Source: a bacterium
GTDB lineage: Bacteria; Hydrothermota; Tepidihabitantia; Tepidihabitantales; Tepidihabitantaceae
DNA: 45,529 bases
Direction of reading: 5' to 3'
Assembly (NCBI GenBank): GCA_046485285.1
Contig: JAWOHE010000045.1
Span: 1 to 45,529, forward strand
Part shown: positions 8,953 through 18,322 of the stretch, in pieces
Layout of the letters: each line of letters starts with the position of its first letter
How positions within the stretch are numbered: position 1 is the first letter of the stretch
Translations under genes and position numbers: made by a program
Notes under the pieces: generated by a model
Told to the model about the DNA's origin: nothing
Databases searched by the model: none
The model's input: the letters and a program-made list of their open reading frames with translations, nothing else

Positions 8953-9534
8953 ATGGCAGCACTACTTGAGAGACGTGTTCTACTGATAGCGGCCGCAGTT
9001 TGCATCCTGCTCGCGGTGTTCGCTTGGTTTGTCCTGTACCAACCGCAGATGAGCTCCAGCCGGCGGAGTTCGGCCCAGGCGGCCGAGCTCAGGAAGGAGA
9101 TCGATGAAACCAAGGCGAGGATCAGCGGAATCGGCCGCCTGCGGGCCCGGGTGGTCGAACTCGAAGAGGCCAACGCGGCCTTCGCGGCCCGGGTCATGCC
9201 CCGGTCGGAGATGCTGGGGATGCTGCAGCAGCTTGCCAGCATAGCCCAGTTGCACCGGGTGCGTTTTCTTGAGATCGCGCCGCCCGGTCTGGACACGCTG
9301 CTCGAGGAGGAAACATCTGCCAAGCCGGTCCGGGGCGTGCCGTTCTATCTGACGCTCCAGGGACGGTTCATCGATATCGGTCGCTACATCGAGAGCTTGG
9401 ATCGTTTCCCCTACTTCGTCCGCGTGCCGGATTTTGAGGTTACCGCCCGCGAGGACATTCGGCCCGAGGTCGAGGTGAAGCTGCTCGTGAACTTCTACAC
9501 CTCAAGCCTGACCGGCCCTGGAGGAGAGATTTGA
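8953..9534 (+). CDS. pilO: Type IV pilus assembly protein PilO
   Basis: N-terminal TM, coiled coil, PFYLTLQGRFIDIGRYIESL motif; position after PilM/N. Confidence 0.85.
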   Translation: MAALLERRVLLIAAAVCILLAVFAWFVLYQPQMSSSRRSSAQAAELRKEIDETKARISGIGRLRARVVELEEANAAFAARVMPRSEMLGMLQQLASIAQLHRVRFLEIAPPGLDTLLEEETSAKPVRGVPFYLTLQGRFIDIGRYIESLDRFPYFVRVPDFEVTAREDIRPEVEVKLLVNFYTSSLTGPGGEI

Positions 9535-10100
9535 GGCGAGTTGTCTTGATCGTTGTTCTGGTCGCGGCCTTCGGAGTCGCCGGTTACTTCCTGCTCAAGC
9601 CGAAGTCCGCACCGGGGCGCAGTTCGGCAAAGTCCGGTTCCGGGGAAGCCCAGGAGGACGCGGGCGAGAGCGGCACGAGGGCGCGCGGCAGGGGCCGGAC
9701 TACCGGCAGGCTCAAGCCGAAGTCCAAGGCTGAACTCAAGGCCGAGAAGAGGCGGGTTCGCCTGGAGGAGCGCAAGCGCCGACGCGAAGCCAAGAGGCGC
9801 GAGCGCGAGCGACGCCGGCAGTTGCGGTCTGCCCAAACTAGGCGCGGAAGTCGCCGGTCCGCCCGCCGAGGCAAGAAAGGCCAGCTGTATGTTGTCAGCG
9901 CCATCGTGTCGCTCGGTTCCGACAGCTACGCGCTTGTAGACGGCCGGCGAGTGACGGCCGGCGACGTTGTAATGGGGCGACGGATCGTCGAGATTGAGTC
10001 TGACCGCATGGTCGTCGAGGCATTCGGCAGGCGCTCGACGGTTCGCGTCGGACAGAGCATTGTTCCGCTGACATACAGCACGAGCAAGAGCAGACGTTGA
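9531..10100 (+). CDS. Bitopic protein with Arg/Lys-rich linker and C-terminal PilP/GspC-HR-like beta domain
   Basis: TM at residues 4-22; C-terminal ALVDGRRVTAGDVV...IVEIESDRMVV; TTG start overlaps the pilO stop, with GGAGGAG upstream. Confidence 0.7.
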   Translation: MRRVVLIVVLVAAFGVAGYFLLKPKSAPGRSSAKSGSGEAQEDAGESGTRARGRGRTTGRLKPKSKAELKAEKRRVRLEERKRRREAKRRERERRRQLRSAQTRRGSRRSARRGKKGQLYVVSAIVSLGSDSYALVDGRRVTAGDVVMGRRIVEIESDRMVVEAFGRRSTVRVGQSIVPLTYSTSKSRR

Positions 10101-10146
10101 TGAGAGTTGTCCACGCAGTTACCGATCTAATCAGGAGAGGAGCATC

Positions 10147-10629
10147 TTGAGACAGAGGGTTTTGGCGGTCCTCGGGCTGGCAGTCGGAGTGCTGGCCCTG
10201 TACACGCTGCTTCAAGGGGCCGGGCAGCCGGCGCGCATGGGCGGCGCTGCCGGCAGCGATGTCCTGGTCGGCCGGCTGCGCGGGTCACTTGCCACCCAGG
10301 CGGCTCAGGGAGAGCCTGTCGGTGGTCAGACCGAAGCCGGAAAGGACGCCGGGACGGCGAAGCCGGAGGCCCAGCGGTCACCCGAGTCCGAACCGGTTGT
10401 CTGGTCGGCCAGCGACCCGTTCGTACGCGACTGGCTGTTGATCAACGAGCTGGCCGAGCTCAACCTCAAGGCCATCACGATGGGGGGCAACAAGGCGTAC
10501 GTCCTCATCAACGACCAGATACTGGAGTCGGGTGACGTCATCAGTGGCAAGCGCATTGTCAGGATCGAAAGTGACAAGGTTCTACTTGAGCAAGGTGGGC
10601 GGACGTTCACCCTGATGCTCGGGGAGTAA
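10147..10629 (+). CDS. PilP/GspC-HR-like protein
   Basis: TM, linker, DPF motif, LNLKAI...AYVLINDQILESGDVI...IVRIESDKVLL; lies directly before the secretin. Confidence 0.75.
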   Translation: MRQRVLAVLGLAVGVLALYTLLQGAGQPARMGGAAGSDVLVGRLRGSLATQAAQGEPVGGQTEAGKDAGTAKPEAQRSPESEPVVWSASDPFVRDWLLINELAELNLKAITMGGNKAYVLINDQILESGDVISGKRIVRIESDKVLLEQGGRTFTLMLGE

Positions 10630-10631
10630 GC

Positions 10632-12221
10632 ATGAAGAAGATACTAGTGTTCGCACTGCTTGGCGCCTTGGGCCTGGCGGCCAGCGCCGTTGCCGCCGAT
10701 CGGTTGACTATCACGGACATCGCTGTCGACAAGCTGCTGGACGGCGTGCGCGTCACGATTGCCTGTGACGGGCCGCCCAACGTCAGCTCGTTTGTCTCGG
10801 CGCGTCCGGCCGCCGTCGTGCTGGACTTCATGGACGCCAGCAACGCGACCGGGCGAGACCGGGTAGAATCCTCCCACTACCCGGTTAGCGCGGTCACGAT
10901 ACAGGCGAGCGAGGCGACGACCGGGCTGCGGGTCGCGGTGCGCCTGCGGGACCTTGTTACGAGCCACGTTACGCAAGAGGGCAACCTCGTCGTGATCGAC
11001 CTCGGGACGATGACCCTGCCACCGCAGCCAGAGCCCCAGGAACCCAGCCAGTTCGAGGGCAAGACCCTGACGCTGCTGGTCCGGGAAGCCGAAATCGACA
11101 ACGTGCTGCGGATGATCGCGAGTCAGTTTGACCTCAACATCATGGTCACGCAGGACGTCAAGCAGGTCGTGACAGTGCGGCTGAACGAGGTGCCGCTGCG
11201 GAGCGGGCTTGATGCCCTGCTGAAGGCGGCCCTGTGCAACATGGTCGAACTCGACAACGGGATCATCGTAGTCAAGCCACTCAAGCGGGAGCTCTACGGC
11301 GAACTCATCACCCGGGTATACGATCTCGATTACGTCGAAGCCGAGGACGTGTCCAAGATCATAAGTCCGGCCCTTTCCGAGAATGGCAAGGCCGAGGTGT
11401 CGTATCGGCGTGTCGACGACGGCAGCGGCTCGAAGCGCAGTGGCGTGCTGGTCGTCACCGACGTGCCCGAGGTGCACCAGCGGCTCGTCGAGTTCCTGGC
11501 CGCGTTTGACCGGCCGGTTCCGCAGATAGCGATTGAGGCGAAGTTTGTCGAGACGACACGCTCCTCCGAGGATCGTTTCGGCATTGACTGGCAGATCAGG
11601 GCCACTGCCTCAACCGGCAGCTGGGATCCATCCAAGGACTTTGCGATCCCGGTGATCTTCGACCAGATGCTGCTGGGCAAGATATCCCTCGAGCAGATGA
11701 ACGCCTCGCTCGAGATTCTCGCGACCCGGGGTAACTCGCGGGTGCTGGCCAACCCGCGGACGGTGACCCTCGACAACCAGACGGCCAGCGTGAGCATGGG
11801 TGTCGAGGTGCCGCTGCGGGAGGTCAACAAGGACGGCAACACCGGGGAGATAACCTACACCTGGCGGACGCGCTCGATCCCGATCAGGCTTGATGTGACT
11901 CCTCACGTGACTTCCGACGGCCGCGTGACGATGCACGTGAAGCCGAGCGTCGAGGCGATCACCGGCTGGGTTGGCTCGGCCGATGACCAGCAGCCGATCG
12001 TCGCCAAGCGCCAGGCCGAGACCCAGGTCACCGTCGGCGACGGCGAGGTCATCGTCATCGGCGGCCTCATCAAGGAAGAGGAGACCAGGACGGTTGGCAA
12101 GATCCCGCTGCTGGGCGACATCCCCGTGCTCGGGCACCTGTTCAAGAAAACCTCGGTGCGTCGCGACCAGAACGACCTGATGATCTTCATCATCCCGCAC
12201 GTCCTTCCGATGGGAGGCTAG
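10632..12221 (+). CDS. pilQ: Secretin PilQ
   Basis: Signal peptide, AMIN-like domain, N domains; QIAIEAKFVE, LANPRTVTLDNQTA and KIPLLGDIPVLGHLFK secretin motifs. Confidence 0.93.
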   Translation: MKKILVFALLGALGLAASAVAADRLTITDIAVDKLLDGVRVTIACDGPPNVSSFVSARPAAVVLDFMDASNATGRDRVESSHYPVSAVTIQASEATTGLRVAVRLRDLVTSHVTQEGNLVVIDLGTMTLPPQPEPQEPSQFEGKTLTLLVREAEIDNVLRMIASQFDLNIMVTQDVKQVVTVRLNEVPLRSGLDALLKAALCNMVELDNGIIVVKPLKRELYGELITRVYDLDYVEAEDVSKIISPALSENGKAEVSYRRVDDGSGSKRSGVLVVTDVPEVHQRLVEFLAAFDRPVPQIAIEAKFVETTRSSEDRFGIDWQIRATASTGSWDPSKDFAIPVIFDQMLLGKISLEQMNASLEILATRGNSRVLANPRTVTLDNQTASVSMGVEVPLREVNKDGNTGEITYTWRTRSIPIRLDVTPHVTSDGRVTMHVKPSVEAITGWVGSADDQQPIVAKRQAETQVTVGDGEVIVIGGLIKEEETRTVGKIPLLGDIPVLGHLFKKTSVRRDQNDLMIFIIPHVLPMGG

Positions 12222-12241
12222 CGCGTGGAAGCTGGCGGTGC

Positions 12242-13369
12242 ATGGACATCGATGAACTGCTTCGCTATTCCGCGAAGTATGGTGCGTCTGATCTACACAT
12301 AACCGTCGGCAACCCGCCCATCATCCGGGTCAATGGGCGGCTGAAACCAATTCCCGGACCAGCGCTGACGCAGGTCGATGCGGAGGCGCTGGTCTTCTCA
12401 ATACTCTCGGAAGACCAGCGTGCGGCGGTGCGGCGCCGCCGCGAGGTCGACCTGTCCTACACCTGGGGCAGGGTAAGCCAGGCAGACAATACCGCGGCGG
12501 TCGGGCTCGAGTATGTCACCGCCGACCGGATCCGGGCGCGGGTGAACGCTTTCCTGGACCTGACCGGGGTCGGGGCGGCGTTCCGGATAATCCCGGCCTC
12601 GATACGGTCGCTGGAGGAACTGCCGGCTCCGCCTTCGGTGACCGAGCTGACGAGATGCCAGTCCGGCCTTGTCATCGTGACCGGGCCAACCGGATGCGGC
12701 AAGTCGACAACGCTGGCGAGCATGATCGACCGGATTGACCAGGAGCGGTCGGCGCGGATAATCACGATCGAAGACCCGATCGAGTACATCTTCAGGGGCC
12801 GCAGTTGCCTGGTCAGCCAGCGCGAAATCGGCACCCATTCACACTCGTTCGCGGCCGCCCTGCGCGCCGCCCTGCGCGAGGACCCGGACGTCCTGCTGGT
12901 GGGTGAGATGCGCGACCTCGAGACAATAAGGCTGGCGCTGACCGCGGCCGAGACCGGGCACCTCGTGCTCTCGACCCTGCACACGAACAACGTCGCGCAG
13001 ACCGTTGATCGGGTGATCGACGTGTTTCCCGCCGACCAGCACGAATACGTCCGCCAGATCTTCTCGAACGTCATCCGCGGCATAGTGTCCCAGCAGCTGT
13101 TAATGCGCAAGGACGGGCGAGGGCGGGTGGCGGCGATGGAGACGCTGATCGCCACCCCGGCCGTACGGAACACCCTGCGCGAAGCGAAGTCGTACCAGGT
13201 GTTTTCGCTGATCCAGACGGGCTCAGAGCACGGCATGCAGACGCTCGACCAGTCGCTGGCCGAGCTCGTCCGCCGCAACCTCATAACACTTGACACCGCC
13301 CGCGCGGCCGCTGCGGACCGAAAGCTGTTTGCGCCTGTCGGCGAGCTCGACCCGGCCGACAAGCGGTGA
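12242..13369 (+). CDS. pilT: Pilus retraction ATPase PilT
   Basis: GASDLH, GPTGCGKSTT, IEDPIE, LREDPD..LVGEMRD, TGHLVLSTLHT, AVRNTLRE and GMQTLDQ motifs. Confidence 0.93.
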   Translation: MDIDELLRYSAKYGASDLHITVGNPPIIRVNGRLKPIPGPALTQVDAEALVFSILSEDQRAAVRRRREVDLSYTWGRVSQADNTAAVGLEYVTADRIRARVNAFLDLTGVGAAFRIIPASIRSLEELPAPPSVTELTRCQSGLVIVTGPTGCGKSTTLASMIDRIDQERSARIITIEDPIEYIFRGRSCLVSQREIGTHSHSFAAALRAALREDPDVLLVGEMRDLETIRLALTAAETGHLVLSTLHTNNVAQTVDRVIDVFPADQHEYVRQIFSNVIRGIVSQQLLMRKDGRGRVAAMETLIATPAVRNTLREAKSYQVFSLIQTGSEHGMQTLDQSLAELVRRNLITLDTARAAAADRKLFAPVGELDPADKR

Positions 13370-14163
13370 CCTGGGCGCTGGTCGGACTGCTCGGCCTGAT
13401 GCTGGGCAGCTTCTTCAACGTCTGCATTCATCGCCTGCCACGCGGCCAGTCGATCGTGACCCCGCCCTCACACTGCCCGCGCTGCCGCAAGCACATACGG
13501 TTCCACGACAATATCCCGGTCCTGAGCTGGTTGCTGCTCAGGGGTCGCTGTCGGGATTGCGGCAAGGTGATATCGGCTCGCTACCCGGCGGTCGAACTCC
13601 TCACCGGGCTGCTCTTCGTCGCTGTCTGGGCCAGGTTCGGATATAGCTGGGAGACGGTTCGCGCGCTGCTTCTCGTCAGCCTGCTCATCGTACTGGCGCT
13701 CATCGACCTCGAGCATACGGTCCTGCCTTTCCGAATCACCCTGCCGGGGCTCGCGCTGGGACTGGCGACGGCCCTGCTGCCCGGGACGGTGGTCGGTCCT
13801 GTCGAGGCGCTCTGGGGGGCGGCTGCGGGCGCCACCTTTGTGGTCGCTTCCTGGGCGCTCTGGCGGTTCGTGCTCGGTCCTGCTCTTCGCCGGCGGGGCA
13901 TCGACCAGAGGGAGGGGATGGGCGGGGGCGACCTGCCTTTCGCGGCGCTGATAGGCAGCTACATCGGGCTCCCCGGGACGGTCGTTGCGCTTGCCGCGGC
14001 CGTTGTCAGTGGCGTGGTAGTCGGGCTGTTCCTCCGTTCCACTGGCCGGTCGCGCAGGGGTCAGCATATTCCGTTCGGTCCCTTCCTGGCCTTCGGCGCG
14101 CTCGTCGGGCTGTTCTTCGGTCCAGCCATCGCTGGCTGGTACCTGGCATTCGTCCTCGGCTAG
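13366..14163 (+). CDS. pilD: Prepilin peptidase / N-methyltransferase PilD
   Basis: GSFFNVCIHRLP, CxxC...CxxC Zn site, IDLEH, MGGGD and IPFGPFLA motifs. Confidence 0.95.
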   Translation: MTWALVGLLGLMLGSFFNVCIHRLPRGQSIVTPPSHCPRCRKHIRFHDNIPVLSWLLLRGRCRDCGKVISARYPAVELLTGLLFVAVWARFGYSWETVRALLLVSLLIVLALIDLEHTVLPFRITLPGLALGLATALLPGTVVGPVEALWGAAAGATFVVASWALWRFVLGPALRRRGIDQREGMGGGDLPFAALIGSYIGLPGTVVALAAAVVSGVVVGLFLRSTGRSRRGQHIPFGPFLAFGALVGLFFGPAIAGWYLAFVLG

Positions 14164-14352
14164 ACAGCCCGTCCTGCCGGATTGGCGCTGGCCCGACCGG
14201 ATTCCCATCCGTCGTGCCGCTGCCCGGGCGTCAGCCGGCAGGTGCTGCGGCGTCTACCGGCCGGCGCCCTTTGTCTCGGCTCCGAGAGGGGTAGTGTTCA
14301 ACGCGATAAAGGAGATGCGGTTCCATAGTGCCAGCAGTTCGCCGGCCTGCCC

Positions 14353-14388
14353 AGAATGAAGGCGGGGGAGCCTGCAGGCTCCCCCGCC
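14353..14388 (-). terminator. Intrinsic terminator of the OmpA-domain gene (possibly bidirectional)
   Basis: 12-bp stem GGCGGGGGAGCC/GGCTCCCCCGCC; the minus strand continues TTCATTCT. Confidence 0.7.
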
Positions 14389-14411
14389 AATGCACCGTCA
14401 GTTGCCGGCCG

Positions 14412-16352
14412 CTACTGCCCGAGAATGACGAACTCAACCCGACGGTTGAGCGCCTTGCCCTCAGGGGTGCTGTTCGAGGCGACCGGCTGGCCTTCCCCGT
14501 AGCCGCGGCCGGTCAGGCGGGCGGCGTCGATCGCGTGGTTCTGGACCAGGTAGGTTACGACCGCCTGCGCCCTGCGGTCGGAGAGCTGGAGGTTGTATTC
14601 CTCCGAGCCATCGCTGTCGGTGTGGCCCTGGATCTCGACCTTGATGGTCGGGTTGTCCTGGAGGATCTTGGCCGCATCGGCTAGCGCCGCCCGCGACTCG
14701 GGCTTGATCGTCGCCTTGTTGACATCGAAGTAGATGCCTCGGAGCGTGATGGTCATCCCTTCCTTGACCAGCTCGAAGTCCTTGACGAGCGGCTTGTCCT
14801 TCTGCAGGACGATGGCCGCGGTCTGGTCCAGGTAGCCTTCAGCCGAGACCTTGACCGCGTAGGAACCGACCGGCAGTTCGGTCATGTAGACGCCGGTCGC
14901 ACCGTCGGTCGCGGCCCCTTCGATGCCCGCGTCCGGGAAGCTGACCATCGCTGCAAGCGGCTCGCCGGTCTTCTTGTCGGAGACCTTGCCGGTCAGCGTC
15001 GTCTTCTCGGCCAGCAGCTTGAGGGCGAAGGCAGGCGTGGCGACACGGCCTTCCTCGACCTGGACCGTCTGCGAGCCCTTGAAGTAGCCGTCGGCCGACG
15101 CGGTTGCCGTATAGATGCCGGTCGGGACGTCGTCGATCCGGAACGCGCCGGTCACGGGGTCGGACTGGACCGCGTCGAGGGCGGTGCCCGGGAACTCGAT
15201 AGTCGCGCCGAGCGGCTGGCCCGTGCCGGCATCCGTCACGAGACCGGCGATGACGCCATAGGTGACCAGCGGGCGGAGCTTGAACTCGTACTGTACAGTG
15301 GCATTGGCCGGCACTTCAACCGGCACGGCCTGGCCCTGGTAGCCTTCGGCCGACACCTCGACGACGACGACGCCGGTCGGCGCCCGGTCGAGCGTGAAGA
15401 CGCCGGCGGTGGATGTCGTGAGCGCGGCGAGCTTGGGATTGTCCGGGAAGGAGATGTTCGCGACGATGCCGTCGCCGGTACGGTCGTCGATAACCCGGCC
15501 GGCAATCACGCCGAACTCGGCCGGCGCCCGCTTGCCGAACGGGGTGGCGATGACGATGCCGAGCAGGAACTCGTTGACCGCCGCCGGGCCCCAGGCGAAG
15601 GTGTAGCCGACCTTGAGCGTCGTGCCCGAGGTGCCGGAGCCGAAGGCGACGCCGGGAGTCAGCCTGACCTGTCCGCTGTCGGTGTCGAAGATGCCGTTCG
15701 TCGCGTCGTTCTGGACCGACTGGACCTCGCCGAAGAGGGCGAAGCCCTCGGCCGCGAGCTCAACCCCGGCACCGTAGGTCTTGCTGACGTCGTTCTGCGT
15801 GTAGTTGACCATCAGGTTCGGCAGCGAGGGGAAGAGGTCTTGGAGATAGAGAGTCGCGAGTGCGTTCCAGTCGAAGCCATCCTGCATCGGGACAGCGGTC
15901 GGGTCGAGCCATCCGCGTTTCTCGCGGTCGCCCGGGAAGACGTAGGAGCCGGCGGCCCCGAGCTTCAGGACCGGGATGATCGGGACCGAGAGCTTGCCCC
16001 CGACCCTGATGTCGTGAAGTCCCATATCGAACTTCTTGTCATCCGGGGCCTTGGGGTACTGGAAGATGCCGCCCCAGTTGGCGAAGAGCTCGGCGCCGAC
16101 CCACTTCGTGACGAGCGGCGCGTAGCTGAGTTCGGGCGCTAGGAGGTCGGCTACCCAGCCTTTCTCGGTGGATGGAGCGGGGAACCCCGGGTTTCGGCCG
16201 ATGGCGTTGAGTGAGATCGTAAGCCCGGCTTCATCCTCGACGAGTGCATTCTGCACTCGGAAGAGTCCACGGCCGCCGCCGATGCCCGGGTAAGCCACGA
16301 GCAGGGCCGGAAGCGCGAGCGCCAGGGCCAGTGCGAACGTTCTTCTTTGCAT
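14412..16352 (-). CDS. OmpA-family protein: N-terminal putative beta-barrel, three carboxypeptidase-regulatory-like repeats, C-terminal peptidoglycan-binding domain
   Basis: Signal peptide; repeats G.V.D..TG.P/..SA.GY; IYFD..KA.IK, GHTDSDG..YN..LS.RRA and NRRVEF motifs. Confidence 0.9.
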   Translation of the reverse strand: MQRRTFALALALALPALLVAYPGIGGGRGLFRVQNALVEDEAGLTISLNAIGRNPGFPAPSTEKGWVADLLAPELSYAPLVTKWVGAELFANWGGIFQYPKAPDDKKFDMGLHDIRVGGKLSVPIIPVLKLGAAGSYVFPGDREKRGWLDPTAVPMQDGFDWNALATLYLQDLFPSLPNLMVNYTQNDVSKTYGAGVELAAEGFALFGEVQSVQNDATNGIFDTDSGQVRLTPGVAFGSGTSGTTLKVGYTFAWGPAAVNEFLLGIVIATPFGKRAPAEFGVIAGRVIDDRTGDGIVANISFPDNPKLAALTTSTAGVFTLDRAPTGVVVVEVSAEGYQGQAVPVEVPANATVQYEFKLRPLVTYGVIAGLVTDAGTGQPLGATIEFPGTALDAVQSDPVTGAFRIDDVPTGIYTATASADGYFKGSQTVQVEEGRVATPAFALKLLAEKTTLTGKVSDKKTGEPLAAMVSFPDAGIEGAATDGATGVYMTELPVGSYAVKVSAEGYLDQTAAIVLQKDKPLVKDFELVKEGMTITLRGIYFDVNKATIKPESRAALADAAKILQDNPTIKVEIQGHTDSDGSEEYNLQLSDRRAQAVVTYLVQNHAIDAARLTGRGYGEGQPVASNSTPEGKALNRRVEFVILGQ

Positions 16353-16460
16353 CTCTATACCTCCCTTGGTTTGGATGCATCCGTTTCGCTGACTTTGTCC
16401 GGAAACCGGAAACCCGCCCCGTGGTGTCGGGGCCGGGTCTCCGGCAGTACTGCCGTGCGG

Positions 16461-17081
16461 CTACTGCCCGAGACGAGTAGGCTCGTCCCAGAAGTTGCCG
16501 AAGGTGATGTCACAGTCCTTGACTGCCTTGACCCGCTTGTTGGAGACGTAGTCGTAGCCCTCGACTGTGACCGTTGCCCTGACCTGCGCCACCGGGCCGT
16601 AGTCGTCGTCGGTGGGGTCGGATTGCGCTTCGTCGCCGAAGACCTTGTCCTTCCATTCGCCGGGCGCGATGTTCAGCTTGGCGGTTGCGGTCTTCTTGCC
16701 TTCCGGGTCCGACTCGACGCTCGCGGACATGCTGACGATTGCCACGTCGTAGGCTTCGCCGGTCGTCAGGTTGGTGTAGCTGATTGTCGCCTTCTCGACG
16801 CTGGCCACGTAGGGCGTCCAGGTCGGCAGCCCGAGGCCGATCTCGACATACTGCAACTCGATGTCGACGATGTCTGACGGCACCTCGGAGATGGTGTAGG
16901 TCTCGGGGTCCTCGCCCGGCTCGCGGATCGTGATCTCGCCGAAGTCGATGAGGTCGCTCATCAGCGGGGCGCCCTTGTTGATGGTCACGATGCGGAACGA
17001 GCGGTCACGCTGGCAGCCGGTCGTGAGCAACAGCCCGGCCACGATGGCGAACACGGACAATGCAAACGCGAATCGACGCAT
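16461..17081 (-). CDS. Putative lipoprotein of unknown function
   Basis: MRR, hydrophobic core, LTTG|C lipobox-like site; AGGAGGAG RBS; host-like codon usage. Confidence 0.8.
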   Translation of the reverse strand: MRRFAFALSVFAIVAGLLLTTGCQRDRSFRIVTINKGAPLMSDLIDFGEITIREPGEDPETYTISEVPSDIVDIELQYVEIGLGLPTWTPYVASVEKATISYTNLTTGEAYDVAIVSMSASVESDPEGKKTATAKLNIAPGEWKDKVFGDEAQSDPTDDDYGPVAQVRATVTVEGYDYVSNKRVKAVKDCDITFGNFWDEPTRLGQ

Positions 17082-17104
17082 TACGAGGCTCCTCCTTTCT
17101 TGTG

Positions 17105-17132
17105 ATTGTAATGCCCCCGGTCAGGCTGTCAA
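17105..17132 (-). promoter_or_regulatory. sigma70 promoter of the lipoprotein gene
   Basis: Minus strand TTGACA, 16 nt, TACAAT. Confidence 0.7.
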
Positions 17133-17795
17133 GTCCGAGTCTAGTCCTGCGAACAAAGGGCAATGATGTCGGCCGAGGGCGGCAGCGGCTTGAGAATGCA
17201 GGGTCCGACGCCTTCGGCACCATCCCCCGGAGTCCGCGGCTCGCGCCGCCCGGCCGCGTCCAGGCAGGGGGATGCCCCGGTCCGGAGTCCCGGATTCCGG
17301 GCGCCCGCCGTGACCCGGTCCGGCCGCGTTGCTTCCTCCTGTTAGATGCCGCCGGCCGGGGAGGATAACGCGGAGTCGTCACTGCGTCGGGCGCGAAGCC
17401 GGGCCGCGTCCCGGCAACTGGGTATTCTGCGGACTCTTGCCGCGACCGGCCGAGTGCGGTTCTCGAGACAGGAGCCGCCGGCGGGGGGTACTGCCCGGGG
17501 GACTACCGGGTAGCGGCTACCGGTACCATTCGGGAGGACGATTCCGAGGCCGGATTGACGGGGCCCCTGCCAACCTCCGTCCCGGCCGGGTCGCCGGCCC
17601 CCGCGCCGGGCTGACGGGCGGACGCCATCGGGTCGGCTGGGCAGGCCGCGGTCCGCGCAGTCGCTGGCGTGTCCTCGGGATGGCGATTACCGCCGAGGCA
17701 TCACGGCCAGCCCGGCTGCCGTCCTGTTGCCGCGTTCGGAACGAGCGGCGTTCGTGACCGGGACCGCGCGAGCGCCCTGACATCCGGGCGGGGTG

Positions 17796-17823
17796 TTGAC
17801 GAGCCGCGATTTCGGGCTATAGT
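17796..17823 (+). promoter_or_regulatory. Promoter of the tRNA cluster
   Basis: TTGACG, 16 nt, TATAGT, about 30 nt before tRNA-Thr. Confidence 0.65.
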
Positions 17824-17854
17824 TGGGACGATGTGACCGGAAGCCGGGCACAGC

Positions 17855-17927
17855 GCCGACATAGCTCAGTTGGCAGAGCAGAGGTTTTGTAAACCTCAGG
17901 TCGTGGGTTCGAATCCCACTGTCGGCT
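17855..17927 (+). tRNA. tRNA-Thr(TGT)
   Basis: Acceptor GCCGACA/TGTCGGC, anticodon arm GAGGT-TTTGTAA-ACCTC, TTCGAAT loop; no encoded CCA. Confidence 0.97.
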
Positions 17928-17942
17928 CAAACTGACAGTCAC

Positions 17943-18025
17943 GGACGGGTTCCCGAGTGGCCAAAGGGGGCAGACTGTAAATCTGCTGGCAAACGCCTTC
18001 GGAGGTTCAAATCCTTCCCCGTCCA
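17943..18025 (+). tRNA. tRNA-Tyr(GTA)
   Basis: GCAGA-CTGTAAA-TCTGC anticodon arm, long variable arm, TTCAAAT loop. Confidence 0.97.
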
Positions 18026-18059
18026 CTAGCGGCAGCGAGTTCCTGTTTGGTTGCCCCCT

Positions 18060-18130
18060 GCGGGCGTGGTGTAGTGGCAGCACAACAGCCTTCCAAGCTG
18101 TTTGCGTGGGTTCGACTCCCATCGCCCGCT
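18060..18130 (+). tRNA. tRNA-Gly(TCC)
   Basis: Acceptor GCGGGCG/CGCCCGC, anticodon arm ACAGC-CTTCCAA-GCTGT. Confidence 0.97.
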
Positions 18131-18274
18131 TCACCACGGGGCGGTCGACGGCGGTTCGTGTCGTAACCAGCGAGAAGACAAGTACTTGGCGAACCGGGGA
18201 TGCGGCTTCGTGCCGGGCGTCCGCCTGTCAGGTGGACGTCTCCGAACGGGCGCGCCCTGCGCGGCATTTAGTCA

Positions 18275-18302
18275 TTGACAGGGCGTAAGTTGGACCTATA
18301 AT
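18275..18302 (+). promoter_or_regulatory. Perfect-consensus promoter for tRNA-Thr-tuf
   Basis: TTGACA, 16 nt, TATAAT. Confidence 0.8.
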
Positions 18303-18322
18303 GTCCGACAGTCCGAAAAGAC

